The position numbers and the translations under genes were made by a program. Under the pieces are notes generated by a model. That model ran no database searches and was not told the origin of the DNA. It worked only from the letters and a program-made list of their open reading frames with translations. 64,000 nucleotides of DNA from a virus, in IMG/VR virus record IMGVR_UViG_3300021964_000018, positions 77,039 to 141,038 of that record; one strand, 5' to 3'. Below are positions 38,649 to 47,604 of this stretch, one piece after another (the first letter of the stretch is position 1; each line of letters starts with the position of its first letter).

Positions 38649-40189
38649 TGGGATTTACAGATTTAAATAATAAAAACAACAATACAACATCAACAAAAGG
38701 TAATTCAAACATTGGGTTTGGAGGTTTAGAAATAACGCAGCTGCATCCTGTTGCGCAAGGTGATTTTGTTTACGGCATACAAACACCTCAGACTTTTGTC
38801 ACTGCATCTTTTGTAGGCTCTTCTGTTACAGCAGCAGACGGGATGGCAGTATTAAATTGTGGTACTGGTGTATCCGGATCAGCTGTTTTGAATTTAAGAA
38901 GAGGTATAAAATATAGACCGGGACAAGGTTCGATTATGAGAGCGACGGCTCTTTTTGATACACCTGTGGAAGATAATCTTCAATTACTCGGTCTAGCAAA
39001 TAACGAAACCGGTTATTCATTTGGCTATCAAGGAACAAATTTTGGAATATTACACAGAGAAACAGGTCAGCTAGAAATAAGAAAACTAACCATAACAACC
39101 GGTGCAGCAAACGGAGATACGATTACGGTTACTTTAGACGGTGACGCATTTACTTTTGATATTACTATTGACGGCACTACTTCAACCACACAAACAGCTT
39201 ATAAGTTATCTTTGCAAGATTATACTCAACTTGGAAAAACAGGATTTTTGGTTGATGTTGTGGGTTCTGATGTATATTTTATTTCCGGAAGATGTAATCC
39301 TAATTTAACAGGAACGTATTCTATTTCAGGAGGCTCAGTCGTCGGAAATTTTACACGCATACTAGCGGGTACGGACTATACAGAAACTTTTATTCCAACA
39401 GGATCTTTTAATATTGATAAGTTAGATGGTACTGGAACTTCAGAGATGATTATTAATCCTCAAAGAGGAAACGTATATGAAATCGATTTTCAGTATCTTG
39501 GGTTTGGTAACGCAAGATTTGCCGTTGAAGATCCCAATACAGGAAGGTTTGCTAATTGTCATATGATTAAAAATGCAAACAATCGAACCACTCCTGTACT
39601 TAAAAACCCAAACGTTCAAATTAGATTAGAATCATCAAATAACGGAAACACCAGTGGGGTTTCGGTTAGGTCTGCTTCTATGGCAGGTTTTATTACTGGT
39701 GAAGTAGTAAAATTAGATCCAAAATTTGCTCAAAGTTTTGCTTTTGAGAATCTCAATAAAACAACTTATCACCCGCTAGCAATGATTAAAGCAAATAGAA
39801 TTCATAAAAATCAATCTTGTTTTGGAGAGTTTGATATATTAAGGTTGGCAGGTTCAAATGAAGTAAGTTCTAAAACTTTAATTATTGGTTTCTTTTTAGG
39901 CGCAGAAATAACAGGAGATGTTAATTACGAATATGTTGATGATGAAAACAGTATTGTTTCAATAGCAACTTTAGACCCAACAACAAACTCACCTGCGAAT
40001 ACAATTAGTAATTTAAGTGATATTGTTCCTTTCCATGAAATTGTTGTAGGTCCTTTGGCGGGTGTATCTGAAGATTTGGACAAGCTTGAATTTATATTCC
40101 CGCCGGGTATTCCGCTTTTAATTGCTGTTAAAGCTACAAATACCGGTGTTAATGGCTCAGTTTCTATTAATTGGTTTGAGCAACAATAA
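38648..40189 (+). CDS. Putative virion structural protein (beta-rich)
   Basis: G/T/S-rich; KYRPGQG, FNIDKLDGTG.S, FQYLGFG motifs. Confidence 0.65.
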   Translation: MGFTDLNNKNNNTTSTKGNSNIGFGGLEITQLHPVAQGDFVYGIQTPQTFVTASFVGSSVTAADGMAVLNCGTGVSGSAVLNLRRGIKYRPGQGSIMRATALFDTPVEDNLQLLGLANNETGYSFGYQGTNFGILHRETGQLEIRKLTITTGAANGDTITVTLDGDAFTFDITIDGTTSTTQTAYKLSLQDYTQLGKTGFLVDVVGSDVYFISGRCNPNLTGTYSISGGSVVGNFTRILAGTDYTETFIPTGSFNIDKLDGTGTSEMIINPQRGNVYEIDFQYLGFGNARFAVEDPNTGRFANCHMIKNANNRTTPVLKNPNVQIRLESSNNGNTSGVSVRSASMAGFITGEVVKLDPKFAQSFAFENLNKTTYHPLAMIKANRIHKNQSCFGEFDILRLAGSNEVSSKTLIIGFFLGAEITGDVNYEYVDDENSIVSIATLDPTTNSPANTISNLSDIVPFHEIVVGPLAGVSEDLDKLEFIFPPGIPLLIAVKATNTGVNGSVSINWFEQQ

Positions 40190-40200
40190 TTAAAATAATT

Positions 40201-40227
40201 TGTAAAAACTTTAAAAATTAGTATAAT
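40201..40227 (+). promoter_or_regulatory. tmRNA promoter (TGTAAA-N15-TATAAT)
   Basis: Same boxes with spacer 1 nt shorter. Confidence 0.5.
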
Positions 40228-40246
40228 AAATAAGTATTTATATTTT

Positions 40247-40614
40247 GGGCCCGCAAAGGTTTCGACGGGGTAGGAGTAAGTGTTGTGGTGCATGTAGGTA
40301 AGAATCAGCCTTAATTGTTCAAAAATTTTATAAATGCCAATAATAATAAGCATTTCGCTCTTGCAGCTTAACAGCCTTTAGCGACGTCTGAATAGAATAT
40401 GTATGGGTATCTATTTGGGCGTGTAAGACCATACTAATCCTGAGAGTCGTTTTAATGGTGGCGGCTTAGGGGATAATAAAGGAACCAGGTAAAATCCATT
40501 ACGTGTTATTCTAGGGTTCTCTCTTCCAATTTAATACGTATAATTGAGAGTAAACATGTAGGACCACTATTTATTTTATGCCGGACGGGGGTTCGACTCC
40601 CCCCGGGTCCACCA
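40247..40614 (+). ncRNA. ssrA: tmRNA, tag peptide ANNNKHFALAA
   Basis: 5' GGGCCCG..GGTTTCGAC; 3' GGGGGTTCGACTCCCCC CGGGTCCACCA with G3:U pair; tag ORF 40336-40371 ending ALAA-stop. Confidence 0.95.
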
Positions 40615-40625
40615 CTTAAAAATGT

Positions 40626-40653
40626 TGTACAAATAAAAAAGACAACGTATAAT
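40626..40653 (+). promoter_or_regulatory. TGTACA-N16-TATAAT promoter of Hsp20 gene
   Basis: Motif and spacing. Confidence 0.65.
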
Positions 40654-40718
40654 TATTATTGCAACGCCATAATGGGTTGTATACATAAGTCAAAACTTGC
40701 TTACATAAGGAGGATAAT

Positions 40719-41153
40719 ATGACAAGGTTTGCATTAACTCACGTACCCGCATTGTTAGGAAACGGTGCAATTGACAGGCTTTTTGAGGAATTTTTTCAAA
40801 ACCCGGAGCCCTATGTCAAACAAACAACAAACGGATATCCACTAACAGATATCTACAAAGAAGAAGACGGCAGTCAAGTGATCGAAATGGCACTGGCTGG
40901 ATTTTCTAAAGAAGACATCCTTATTAATACTGAGGCGAATAAAATTACTATCAGCGCTGACGGTTCTAAATTAAAGGGTCAACTAGCAGAAAATCGACGT
41001 CGAATTGCAAAGCGAGCATTTAAGAAATCATTTGTTGACTACCACAATACACTTGATTTTGGAAACTCAAATGCAACATTTGAAAACGGTTTGTTAAGAA
41101 TTCAAATTCCTTTGCGGGATGAAGTTAAACCACGTCAAATTACTATTAAGTAA
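40719..41153 (+). CDS. Small heat-shock protein Hsp20 (IbpA-like)
   Basis: YPLTDI, IEMALAGFSKEDI, IAKRAF, ATFENGLLRI. Confidence 0.92.
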   Translation: MTRFALTHVPALLGNGAIDRLFEEFFQNPEPYVKQTTNGYPLTDIYKEEDGSQVIEMALAGFSKEDILINTEANKITISADGSKLKGQLAENRRRIAKRAFKKSFVDYHNTLDFGNSNATFENGLLRIQIPLRDEVKPRQITIK

Positions 41154-41173
41154 ATAATTTTATATAAATCTTT

Positions 41174-41214
41174 AATATCTCTAACTTTAACAAATAGTTA
41201 TTGTTAGAGATATT
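41174..41214 (+). promoter_or_regulatory. Hairpin with AAATA loop and ATAGTTA putative late-promoter motif
   Basis: AATATCTCTAAC-tt-TAAC-aaata-GTTA-tt-GTTAGAGATATT. Confidence 0.6.
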
Positions 41215-41231
41215 TTTTAATTGGAGAAAAA

Positions 41232-41741
41232 ATGAAACTTAATAGAAAAAACTTAAGAAAATTAATTAACGAAGTTCTCACTGAATCTAAAGTTAATAGA
41301 AACCCTATTTACGCTAGAAACCCTGCATTTCTTTATCAGAACATTGCAAAGCCTGGACCTGGTAACGTGGAACTATATCAAAATATGGCCAAACCATCAC
41401 AGTTTAAAGTAGACGGTCCTGATTTAGAAAGTGCATTAAGAGCTATGAAAAAAGAAAACAATGTAAAGAATTTAGAAGGGCGCTACGAAGTTATTCTTCA
41501 ACACTTAGTAGATTCTCGTTATTATACACCAGCTAATAAATCTTTCTTAATGGATGAATTTAGATTAATATTAAGAGATATGGAAAATTATATGACACAC
41601 GAATTAGACGCTAATACCTTAGCACGAATTACCAGCGCAGGAAAAGATGATGATGATCCTTTGAGCCCAAGAAAAATTATTTATGACTTTTTCAAGTTTG
41701 GTAAGGGAAACTTAGAACATGATGGATTTGCAGGATTTTAA
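41232..41741 (+). CDS. Hypothetical protein with leader (MKLNRKNLRKLINEVLTE)
   Basis: Leader; short internal repeat LYQN.AKP. Confidence 0.75.
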   Translation: MKLNRKNLRKLINEVLTESKVNRNPIYARNPAFLYQNIAKPGPGNVELYQNMAKPSQFKVDGPDLESALRAMKKENNVKNLEGRYEVILQHLVDSRYYTPANKSFLMDEFRLILRDMENYMTHELDANTLARITSAGKDDDDPLSPRKIIYDFFKFGKGNLEHDGFAGF

Positions 41742-41773
41742 TTAATTGTATAAAAGCTAAAAAGCTAAAATCT

Positions 41774-41815
41774 TTATAAACCTCTGTTTGTAGCAAATAG
41801 TTATAAACGGAGGTT
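41774..41815 (+). repeat. 33-bp direct repeat copy 1 / RBS-sequestering hairpin
   Basis: TTATAAACCTCTGTTTGTAGCAAATAGTTATAA (41774-41806) identical to 43443-43475; 16-bp stem covers GGAGG. Confidence 0.9.
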
Positions 41816-41820
41816 GTTTT

Positions 41821-43425
41821 ATGTTTATAAATGAAAATAGAATTAATGAAATTATACGACATGTAATTTTAGAAAACATGGCACAGATGGGCCGAGCTTT
41901 TTTTGATAGTAAAGAAAGGAAAGCACAAGTTGAAAAAGAGCATCAAAGAAAAAGTAAAATTGCATATAAAAATCTAATACAAAACATGCATGCATTTATT
42001 AAAAACGAAGATTTGAATTCTATTATTTCATTCATTGTAAATAAGTCAGACACATATCTATTAGGTCCAGCTTATAATTATTACTTTAAAGGAAAGATTA
42101 ATTATGTGCCATCTGGTACATCAGGTTATGCAGGATCAGACGCACTTAAAAAAGAATTTTTTGATTATATGTCTGAAAACGGGAAGGAAAAGTTATCAAA
42201 ATTTTTAAATAGCTTGATCAAAAAAATAGGTCCCGGTTTAGAAAATGTCAAGCCAGGTTCCGGAACTAGTTCTGCAGATGAACAATTTTTAAGAGTGTTG
42301 GAGGATTACAAAAGACAGTTTTATAGTGCAATTGAATCTAACAAAAAAGATTTGGAAAAAATAATTTCGCTTAATGAAAAGTCTATTAACTACATAGAAA
42401 ACTTTAAAAACAAATATGACAAGCAAGGTTTTGATTTTGATGCACCAGGTGATTTTGAAAAAAGAGCGACTAAAAAAGAGTTTGATAATGTTGAAAAGGC
42501 AGAAGAATATAAGAAATTAACATTTGAAAAGTTTGAAGAAAAAATAATTTCAATAACTAAAAACGAATATATAAGTTATAATTTAATTGCAGTTTTACAA
42601 CAGATTTTAAAAAAACACATAAGTGATTTAAAAATTTCAAAGTCTGATAATATTATTGCACAAGCAAGAGTTGATAAGCGAAACTATTCAGAAGTAATAA
42701 AAAACAACCCCGGTTGGTTTATTGTACATTATATTAATGCATTTACTGAGCAAGACTATCAGGACGTTTTTCCTGGCGTATTATCTTGGGTCAACTATTT
42801 TGGAGGTAAAAGATCAAAAGATGAATTTGCAGGTGTTGCTTATCACAAAGATAATAAATACTTAGGAGATAATATTGGAAGAGGGACAGGAACAAGAGAC
42901 AAATTACCAAGAGTAGGCGCTATACTGCAGGGATATGTTACTGCTATTTATGATGGCGATGTTGGGTCAACTACTTTTTCTCAAAGTAACCCTTATGGCG
43001 GTCAAAGAGAAGAAAGCGGATTTACAAGATACGCAGGTGATATGGGTGATTATTCTAGTCAAAGTAAAAGATTAATTATCGATTTAGAAAAATATAAAGA
43101 AAGTGTACAGGGAAAGGATTTTCTTTACAATGAAGGTTTTATAGACAATTGGCAGCCAACAGGAATAATAGCTGATTGGGAAGAAATTAAAAAAGTTTAT
43201 ATTAATAATGCAAATTCATTTTATCCAGAGTTAAGCGGGAAAGAAAAACCAGAAATTGTTAAAGCGTTATCAAACATTCTTTTGAGGATACCGCTAGCTT
43301 GCCAAGAAAAAGGCATGAAAATATTTGATAAAAACTTTAATGAAATTAACGCAAAAGATTTTATAAAAATACTTAAAGATATGATAGATAACATATCTAA
43401 TGTTTTATCTAGTCCTGGAAAATAA
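41821..43425 (+). CDS. Hypothetical protein with leader-like N-terminus; paralog of 5465..7276
   Basis: Shared motif blocks with the 5465 protein. Confidence 0.75.
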   Translation: MFINENRINEIIRHVILENMAQMGRAFFDSKERKAQVEKEHQRKSKIAYKNLIQNMHAFIKNEDLNSIISFIVNKSDTYLLGPAYNYYFKGKINYVPSGTSGYAGSDALKKEFFDYMSENGKEKLSKFLNSLIKKIGPGLENVKPGSGTSSADEQFLRVLEDYKRQFYSAIESNKKDLEKIISLNEKSINYIENFKNKYDKQGFDFDAPGDFEKRATKKEFDNVEKAEEYKKLTFEKFEEKIISITKNEYISYNLIAVLQQILKKHISDLKISKSDNIIAQARVDKRNYSEVIKNNPGWFIVHYINAFTEQDYQDVFPGVLSWVNYFGGKRSKDEFAGVAYHKDNKYLGDNIGRGTGTRDKLPRVGAILQGYVTAIYDGDVGSTTFSQSNPYGGQREESGFTRYAGDMGDYSSQSKRLIIDLEKYKESVQGKDFLYNEGFIDNWQPTGIIADWEEIKKVYINNANSFYPELSGKEKPEIVKALSNILLRIPLACQEKGMKIFDKNFNEINAKDFIKILKDMIDNISNVLSSPGK

Positions 43426-43442
43426 AATATTTTATCATAATC

Positions 43443-43483
43443 TTATAAACCTCTGTTTGTAGCAAATAGTTATAAGCAGAGGT
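43443..43483 (+). repeat. 33-bp direct repeat copy 2 / RBS-sequestering hairpin
   Basis: Identical 33-mer; 15-bp stem covers AGAGGT. Confidence 0.9.
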
Positions 43484-43489
43484 ATTTTT

Positions 43490-44524
43490 ATGCAAGCAAG
43501 AAAAGGTGAATGGTTTTCTTTATCATGGGATATTATAGGTACTCATGATGAAAAAGCATATAGTCATTTTTATAATGCTCCTAAATTTTTGTATGCAGAA
43601 GAAGACAGCAAACAAATTGAAGCTGAAGTCATTAATGAATTTTATCGATTACGGCTGGCCAGAATATTTATCACATCAGTTTTCGTAACTGATACAGAAG
43701 GAAATAAAGTCCCTACACATTATCGAATTGGTGAATTTATGCCAGGAGATAATAAATCTTATGACAAATGGTTGGCAAGGTACCATAAGATTAATTTTGA
43801 AGTTACGGAATATGTTCGTGCTAAAGAAGCACTAAATCAAAAAAATGTATATCTTGAACATTCGGCTAAAATTATTCGTCATGATATGCATAGCGGAATT
43901 AATACTTACATTCCACGAGGATTTAAAAGTTTAATTCGTAGATTACCAGAAAACATAATTAAAGAAAACCGTTTAGAAACTGCGCTTAAGCTATTAAAAG
44001 AAGGTATTGATCACGCCCAGAGAGTTTATAGTGGAGTTTATGCATTCACAAACTTGGTAAAAGAAGATAGCGTTTTAGAACAAGAAATATGCGATTTGAG
44101 AGAAGTAATTAAAGATTATCTCAGAGGAACAGCATATTCAGACCAAGTTATTGTTGAAGAATTAATTGAATTAGAGGTTAATAGTTCTTTATTTTGCACA
44201 GCAATCGACAACTTAATAAGAAACGGTTTAAAATATAATGACAGTCCAACCAAATTTGTTCGTATATATATGGAAGATGAAGAAACAATCTGTGTCCAAG
44301 ATAATGGTAGGGGATTGTCCCGAAGAGACTTTTTATATTTTTGCAAACCTTATGTAAGAAAAAGAGGTCAAGCTGAGTCTGGCTCAGGTTTAGGGCTTAA
44401 CATCGCAGCTGCTATATTTACAGAGCACGGTTTTTCAATTGACCCAGAAAAGTTAGAAAATGGCACAATTATGAGGATAAAATTAAATGCAGGTGATAAA
44501 AAGTATATTATTAGTGGACGATGA
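43490..44524 (+). CDS. Sensor histidine kinase (cytoplasmic)
   Basis: H box IRHDMH, N box NLIRNGLKYN, G1 DNGRG, G2 GSGLGLNI. Confidence 0.9.
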   Translation: MQARKGEWFSLSWDIIGTHDEKAYSHFYNAPKFLYAEEDSKQIEAEVINEFYRLRLARIFITSVFVTDTEGNKVPTHYRIGEFMPGDNKSYDKWLARYHKINFEVTEYVRAKEALNQKNVYLEHSAKIIRHDMHSGINTYIPRGFKSLIRRLPENIIKENRLETALKLLKEGIDHAQRVYSGVYAFTNLVKEDSVLEQEICDLREVIKDYLRGTAYSDQVIVEELIELEVNSSLFCTAIDNLIRNGLKYNDSPTKFVRIYMEDEETICVQDNGRGLSRRDFLYFCKPYVRKRGQAESGSGLGLNIAAAIFTEHGFSIDPEKLENGTIMRIKLNAGDKKYIISGR

Positions 44525-44924
44525 AACTCTATTTCATCTTGTTTTTGATGACGCATGCAACATCTTAGACATCTCTTTAAATCTTGAAACTGTATCTTCT
44601 TCAGACACAGCTGAAAATATGTTTAAAGGGTTTCAAACAAATCAAGATGATAAGCCTGAATGTGTTTTTGTTGACCTAAACATTATTGGGTCATCATTTG
44701 ATGGGATAGAATTGGTTCGTAGAATTAATTATCAATACGGAAATGGTGTTGTAATAGGGATTATTTCAAGTTCATCAGATCCTATTGAGATTGATAAGGC
44801 AAAAGGTGCAGGTGCGCAGTTTTGGATTGTAAAATCAGATGATATTGAGCCTCGCTTGGAACAATTTAAAGCTGATTATCCTAATTATAAAAACAGGACA
44901 GGTGCTTTTAAGGTGTACAAATGA
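44487..44924 (+). CDS. Single-domain response regulator
   Basis: LLVDDE, FVDLN (phospho-Asp), DGIEL, ISSS, IVKS. Confidence 0.9.
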   Translation: MQVIKSILLVDDETLFHLVFDDACNILDISLNLETVSSSDTAENMFKGFQTNQDDKPECVFVDLNIIGSSFDGIELVRRINYQYGNGVVIGIISSSSDPIEIDKAKGAGAQFWIVKSDDIEPRLEQFKADYPNYKNRTGAFKVYK

Positions 44925-45484
44925 TTAAAATCTTAGATGAAGATAAAGCAGCTTTTATAAGGCTCGCTTTAGAAAATAAAATATATTTAGAAGGTCCTGT
45001 TTTAAAAATGATCGACACAGAGGATGATCAAGCATTTAAGATTTATCTTGCTGAAGCGATTGAAAATGATCAAAGTAATAGAAAAAAAAGATTAGCAATT
45101 ACAAAGCAAATCCAGGCGCAAAATGCAGAGCTCCAGAAAAAAGCAGAAGAAAATGATAGTTTAATGGACGAGTTAAAAGATGCAGTGCAAAAAGCTGAAG
45201 ACGCAAAAAAAGCTGCAATTAATGATTTAGATTTAGTTCAGAAGAAAACTCAGTTTGAATTAATTGGTAATATTGTCAATGTTGCTTTATACACAATTAT
45301 GGGCGTAGGTATTATTACAACTGGACTATACGCCGCGGCATTGTTTTGGGGGAATACTCAAGATACAACGTTATTAGGAAATACCTGGAGTAATCTTTTT
45401 GGTATTTTGTTAACAAACTCTTTTAGTATTATTGGCACAATTATGGGTGTCAAATATGCCAGCGAAAAAGGTGAAGGAAAATGA
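44921..45484 (+). CDS. Coiled-coil protein with two C-terminal TM helices
   Basis: Overlaps the response-regulator stop; hydrophobic segments. Confidence 0.7.
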   Translation: MIKILDEDKAAFIRLALENKIYLEGPVLKMIDTEDDQAFKIYLAEAIENDQSNRKKRLAITKQIQAQNAELQKKAEENDSLMDELKDAVQKAEDAKKAAINDLDLVQKKTQFELIGNIVNVALYTIMGVGIITTGLYAAALFWGNTQDTTLLGNTWSNLFGILLTNSFSIIGTIMGVKYASEKGEGK

Positions 45485-45669
45485 AAAAGCATTTAAAAGA
45501 AATTAACATGTCTTATTTTCAGCATATGAAATGCGCATTAGGCTATGCTAAAGAAAGTGGAAAAGCAATGATATATTTTTTTATTCACGCTTTCTTACCT
45601 GATATTTGGGTTGTAAAAGGCTCAAAAAAACTTAAAGAAATAAATAAGTCAATTGAGGATAGAAAATGA
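45481..45669 (+). CDS. Small conserved protein (DUF6356-like)
   Basis: HLKEINMSYFQHM...IHAFLP pattern. Confidence 0.6.
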   Translation: MKKHLKEINMSYFQHMKCALGYAKESGKAMIYFFIHAFLPDIWVVKGSKKLKEINKSIEDRK

Positions 45670-46103
45670 AATTAACAAGAAACGGATTAAGAAGATTGAT
45701 TTTAAAAGAATTTAAAGATGTAGCAGGTGGTAGCAACTATCGAATTGGAGGTGGCGGCTTTGGTTTGCCACCTGACGAACCTGACGACGGTGAAGGACCA
45801 GGAAAACCATTGACACCTTGTGAAAATTTTGACTCTAAATCACATAAAAAATCTCTTGAAATAGTTCAATCATTATTTCAACAAGCATATGAATTAAGAG
45901 GTGAGTCAGATATATTTTTAAATCAATCTGGTTTTTTTAGCGAAGATCAGTTATTTTCAATTGACAAAGACGCAGAAATTTATTTGGAGTCTGATTTGGC
46001 TACGGAATTGTGTAAGGCTGGAAATACTTTAGAAAAAAGAATGGAAATACTAATTAGACTGACTGATCCTAAAGCTTTATTTAGTATGCTTAACGACTAT
46101 TAA
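45666..46103 (+). CDS. Hypothetical protein with leader (MKLTRNGLRRLILKE); related to 48880..49380
   Basis: Leader; GF..PP....DGEG..CENF, LTDPKAL. Confidence 0.7.
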   Translation: MKLTRNGLRRLILKEFKDVAGGSNYRIGGGGFGLPPDEPDDGEGPGKPLTPCENFDSKSHKKSLEIVQSLFQQAYELRGESDIFLNQSGFFSEDQLFSIDKDAEIYLESDLATELCKAGNTLEKRMEILIRLTDPKALFSMLNDY

Positions 46104-46149
46104 AAGTTTTAATTTTTATAGATATAATTAAAAACAAACAGGAGTTTAT

Positions 46150-47103
46150 ATGTTAGAAGAGTTGCGCCAAAAAATCAAAGACAAGGGCGGTTTTGTCAAT
46201 GCCCATTCCCATTTAGATCGAGCCAATACGGCTCGTTTTTTTTCGAAAGAAGAACAGTATAAGTTCTTAGAAGAAAAATGGAAATTGGTAGATCGAATTA
46301 AAAAAGACAGCAATTACTGGTCTTACTATTCCCGTATCGATCAAGTCGTTTCTGATCAAATTGAAAAAGGTGTATCAACTATTTGTACATTCGTTGATGT
46401 TGATCCTATTACAACAAATAAGGCATATATTGCGGCACATGAAGTTGCAAGGGCTAGAAAATTCGATGTTAATCTTTTGACTGCAATGCAAACACTAAAA
46501 GGTGTATTAGATCCAAGTTTAAAATCAATAGTTGACAATGCTGCTTTTTCTGTTAATATTATAGGTTCTTTACCCGGTGCTGATCGAGGTAGAGAAGATG
46601 AACATATTGATTGGGTTATGAATGCAGCAAAGAAGTATGGAAAACGTGTACATGTGCATGTCGATCAATTAAACACTCCAAAAGAAAAAGAAACAGAATG
46701 GTTAGCAAGAAAAACAATTGAGCATGGACTAGAAGGACGGGTAACGGCAGTTCATTCAATTTCATTAGCATGTCATCCAATTGCATACAGAAAAGAAGTC
46801 TATAAAATCTGTCAGGATGCAGGATTAAGTTTTATTACTTGCCCCGGGGCTTGGATCGACCACCAAAGAAGAGAAGACCTGGCACCGATTCATAATGCAA
46901 TTACACCTGTTGATGAATTGCTTGAACATGATTTAGTAGTTGCTATTGGATCTGATAACATCTATGACGTTTATAAACCATTCGCTGACGGTGATATGAT
47001 GTTTGAGTTACGATTGCTTCTTGAAGCTTGCAAAATTTACGACGTTAATGAGTTGGTTAAAATTGCTACAATAAACGGAAAAAAAGTCCTAGGATTAAGA
47101 TAA
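46150..47103 (+). CDS. Amidohydrolase, cytosine deaminase (CodA)-like
   Basis: FVNAHSHLD, HVHVD, AVHSISL, GSDN. Confidence 0.85.
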   Translation: MLEELRQKIKDKGGFVNAHSHLDRANTARFFSKEEQYKFLEEKWKLVDRIKKDSNYWSYYSRIDQVVSDQIEKGVSTICTFVDVDPITTNKAYIAAHEVARARKFDVNLLTAMQTLKGVLDPSLKSIVDNAAFSVNIIGSLPGADRGREDEHIDWVMNAAKKYGKRVHVHVDQLNTPKEKETEWLARKTIEHGLEGRVTAVHSISLACHPIAYRKEVYKICQDAGLSFITCPGAWIDHQRREDLAPIHNAITPVDELLEHDLVVAIGSDNIYDVYKPFADGDMMFELRLLLEACKIYDVNELVKIATINGKKVLGLR

Positions 47104-47124
47104 TTATCCTAGAGGGATAATTTT

Positions 47125-47604
47125 GTGAAGTTAACCAAGAAACATTTAAAGCGCCTGATTAAAGAAGCATATCAACAGCATGCTTTTATTGATGCATTAC
47201 ACGATAAGTTCTCAGTAGAAGATGTAACTCCTGCTGAAGAAGCACCATATCGAGGTTATTATAAAATAACCAAACAGTTTAGAATATGCAAGGTTATTTT
47301 ATTTTTTACGCAATATGATGACGGTCACATTTATATATCAGATCTTTCAACAGTAGATGTTTTTGGCAGACCTAACGAAAATTGCTTTAGAAAAGGATAT
47401 GCGAAACATGTATTACAAGATTTTGTAAGTTTGGCCGATCAGTTTGATATTGACATGTCTTTAACTGCTGCATCACTGGACAAAGAAAGATTTCCAAATC
47501 CTGAACTGATTAAGTTTTATGAAAAGCACGGGTTCGGAGGTGGAAATCCAAATTCAGACTGGGTTGAAATGATAAGAGATAGAAAAAGTGAGAGATCTAT
47601 ATGA
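47125..47604 (+). CDS. GNAT acetyltransferase with leader (MKLTKKHLKRLIKE)
   Basis: RKGYAK motif A, LIKFYEKHGF motif B. Confidence 0.75.
   Translation: MKLTKKHLKRLIKEAYQQHAFIDALHDKFSVEDVTPAEEAPYRGYYKITKQFRICKVILFFTQYDDGHIYISDLSTVDVFGRPNENCFRKGYAKHVLQDFVSLADQFDIDMSLTAASLDKERFPNPELIKFYEKHGFGGGNPNSDWVEMIRDRKSERSI

Noticed and set aside
39925-40353. 142-aa minus-strand ORF
   Set aside because: Antisense to a structural gene and the tmRNA, with no recognisable motifs
40575-40614. tRNA-like T arm and CCA end
   Set aside because: It pairs with the 5' end at 40247 and encloses a tag ORF, so it is the tmRNA 3' end, not a standalone tRNA
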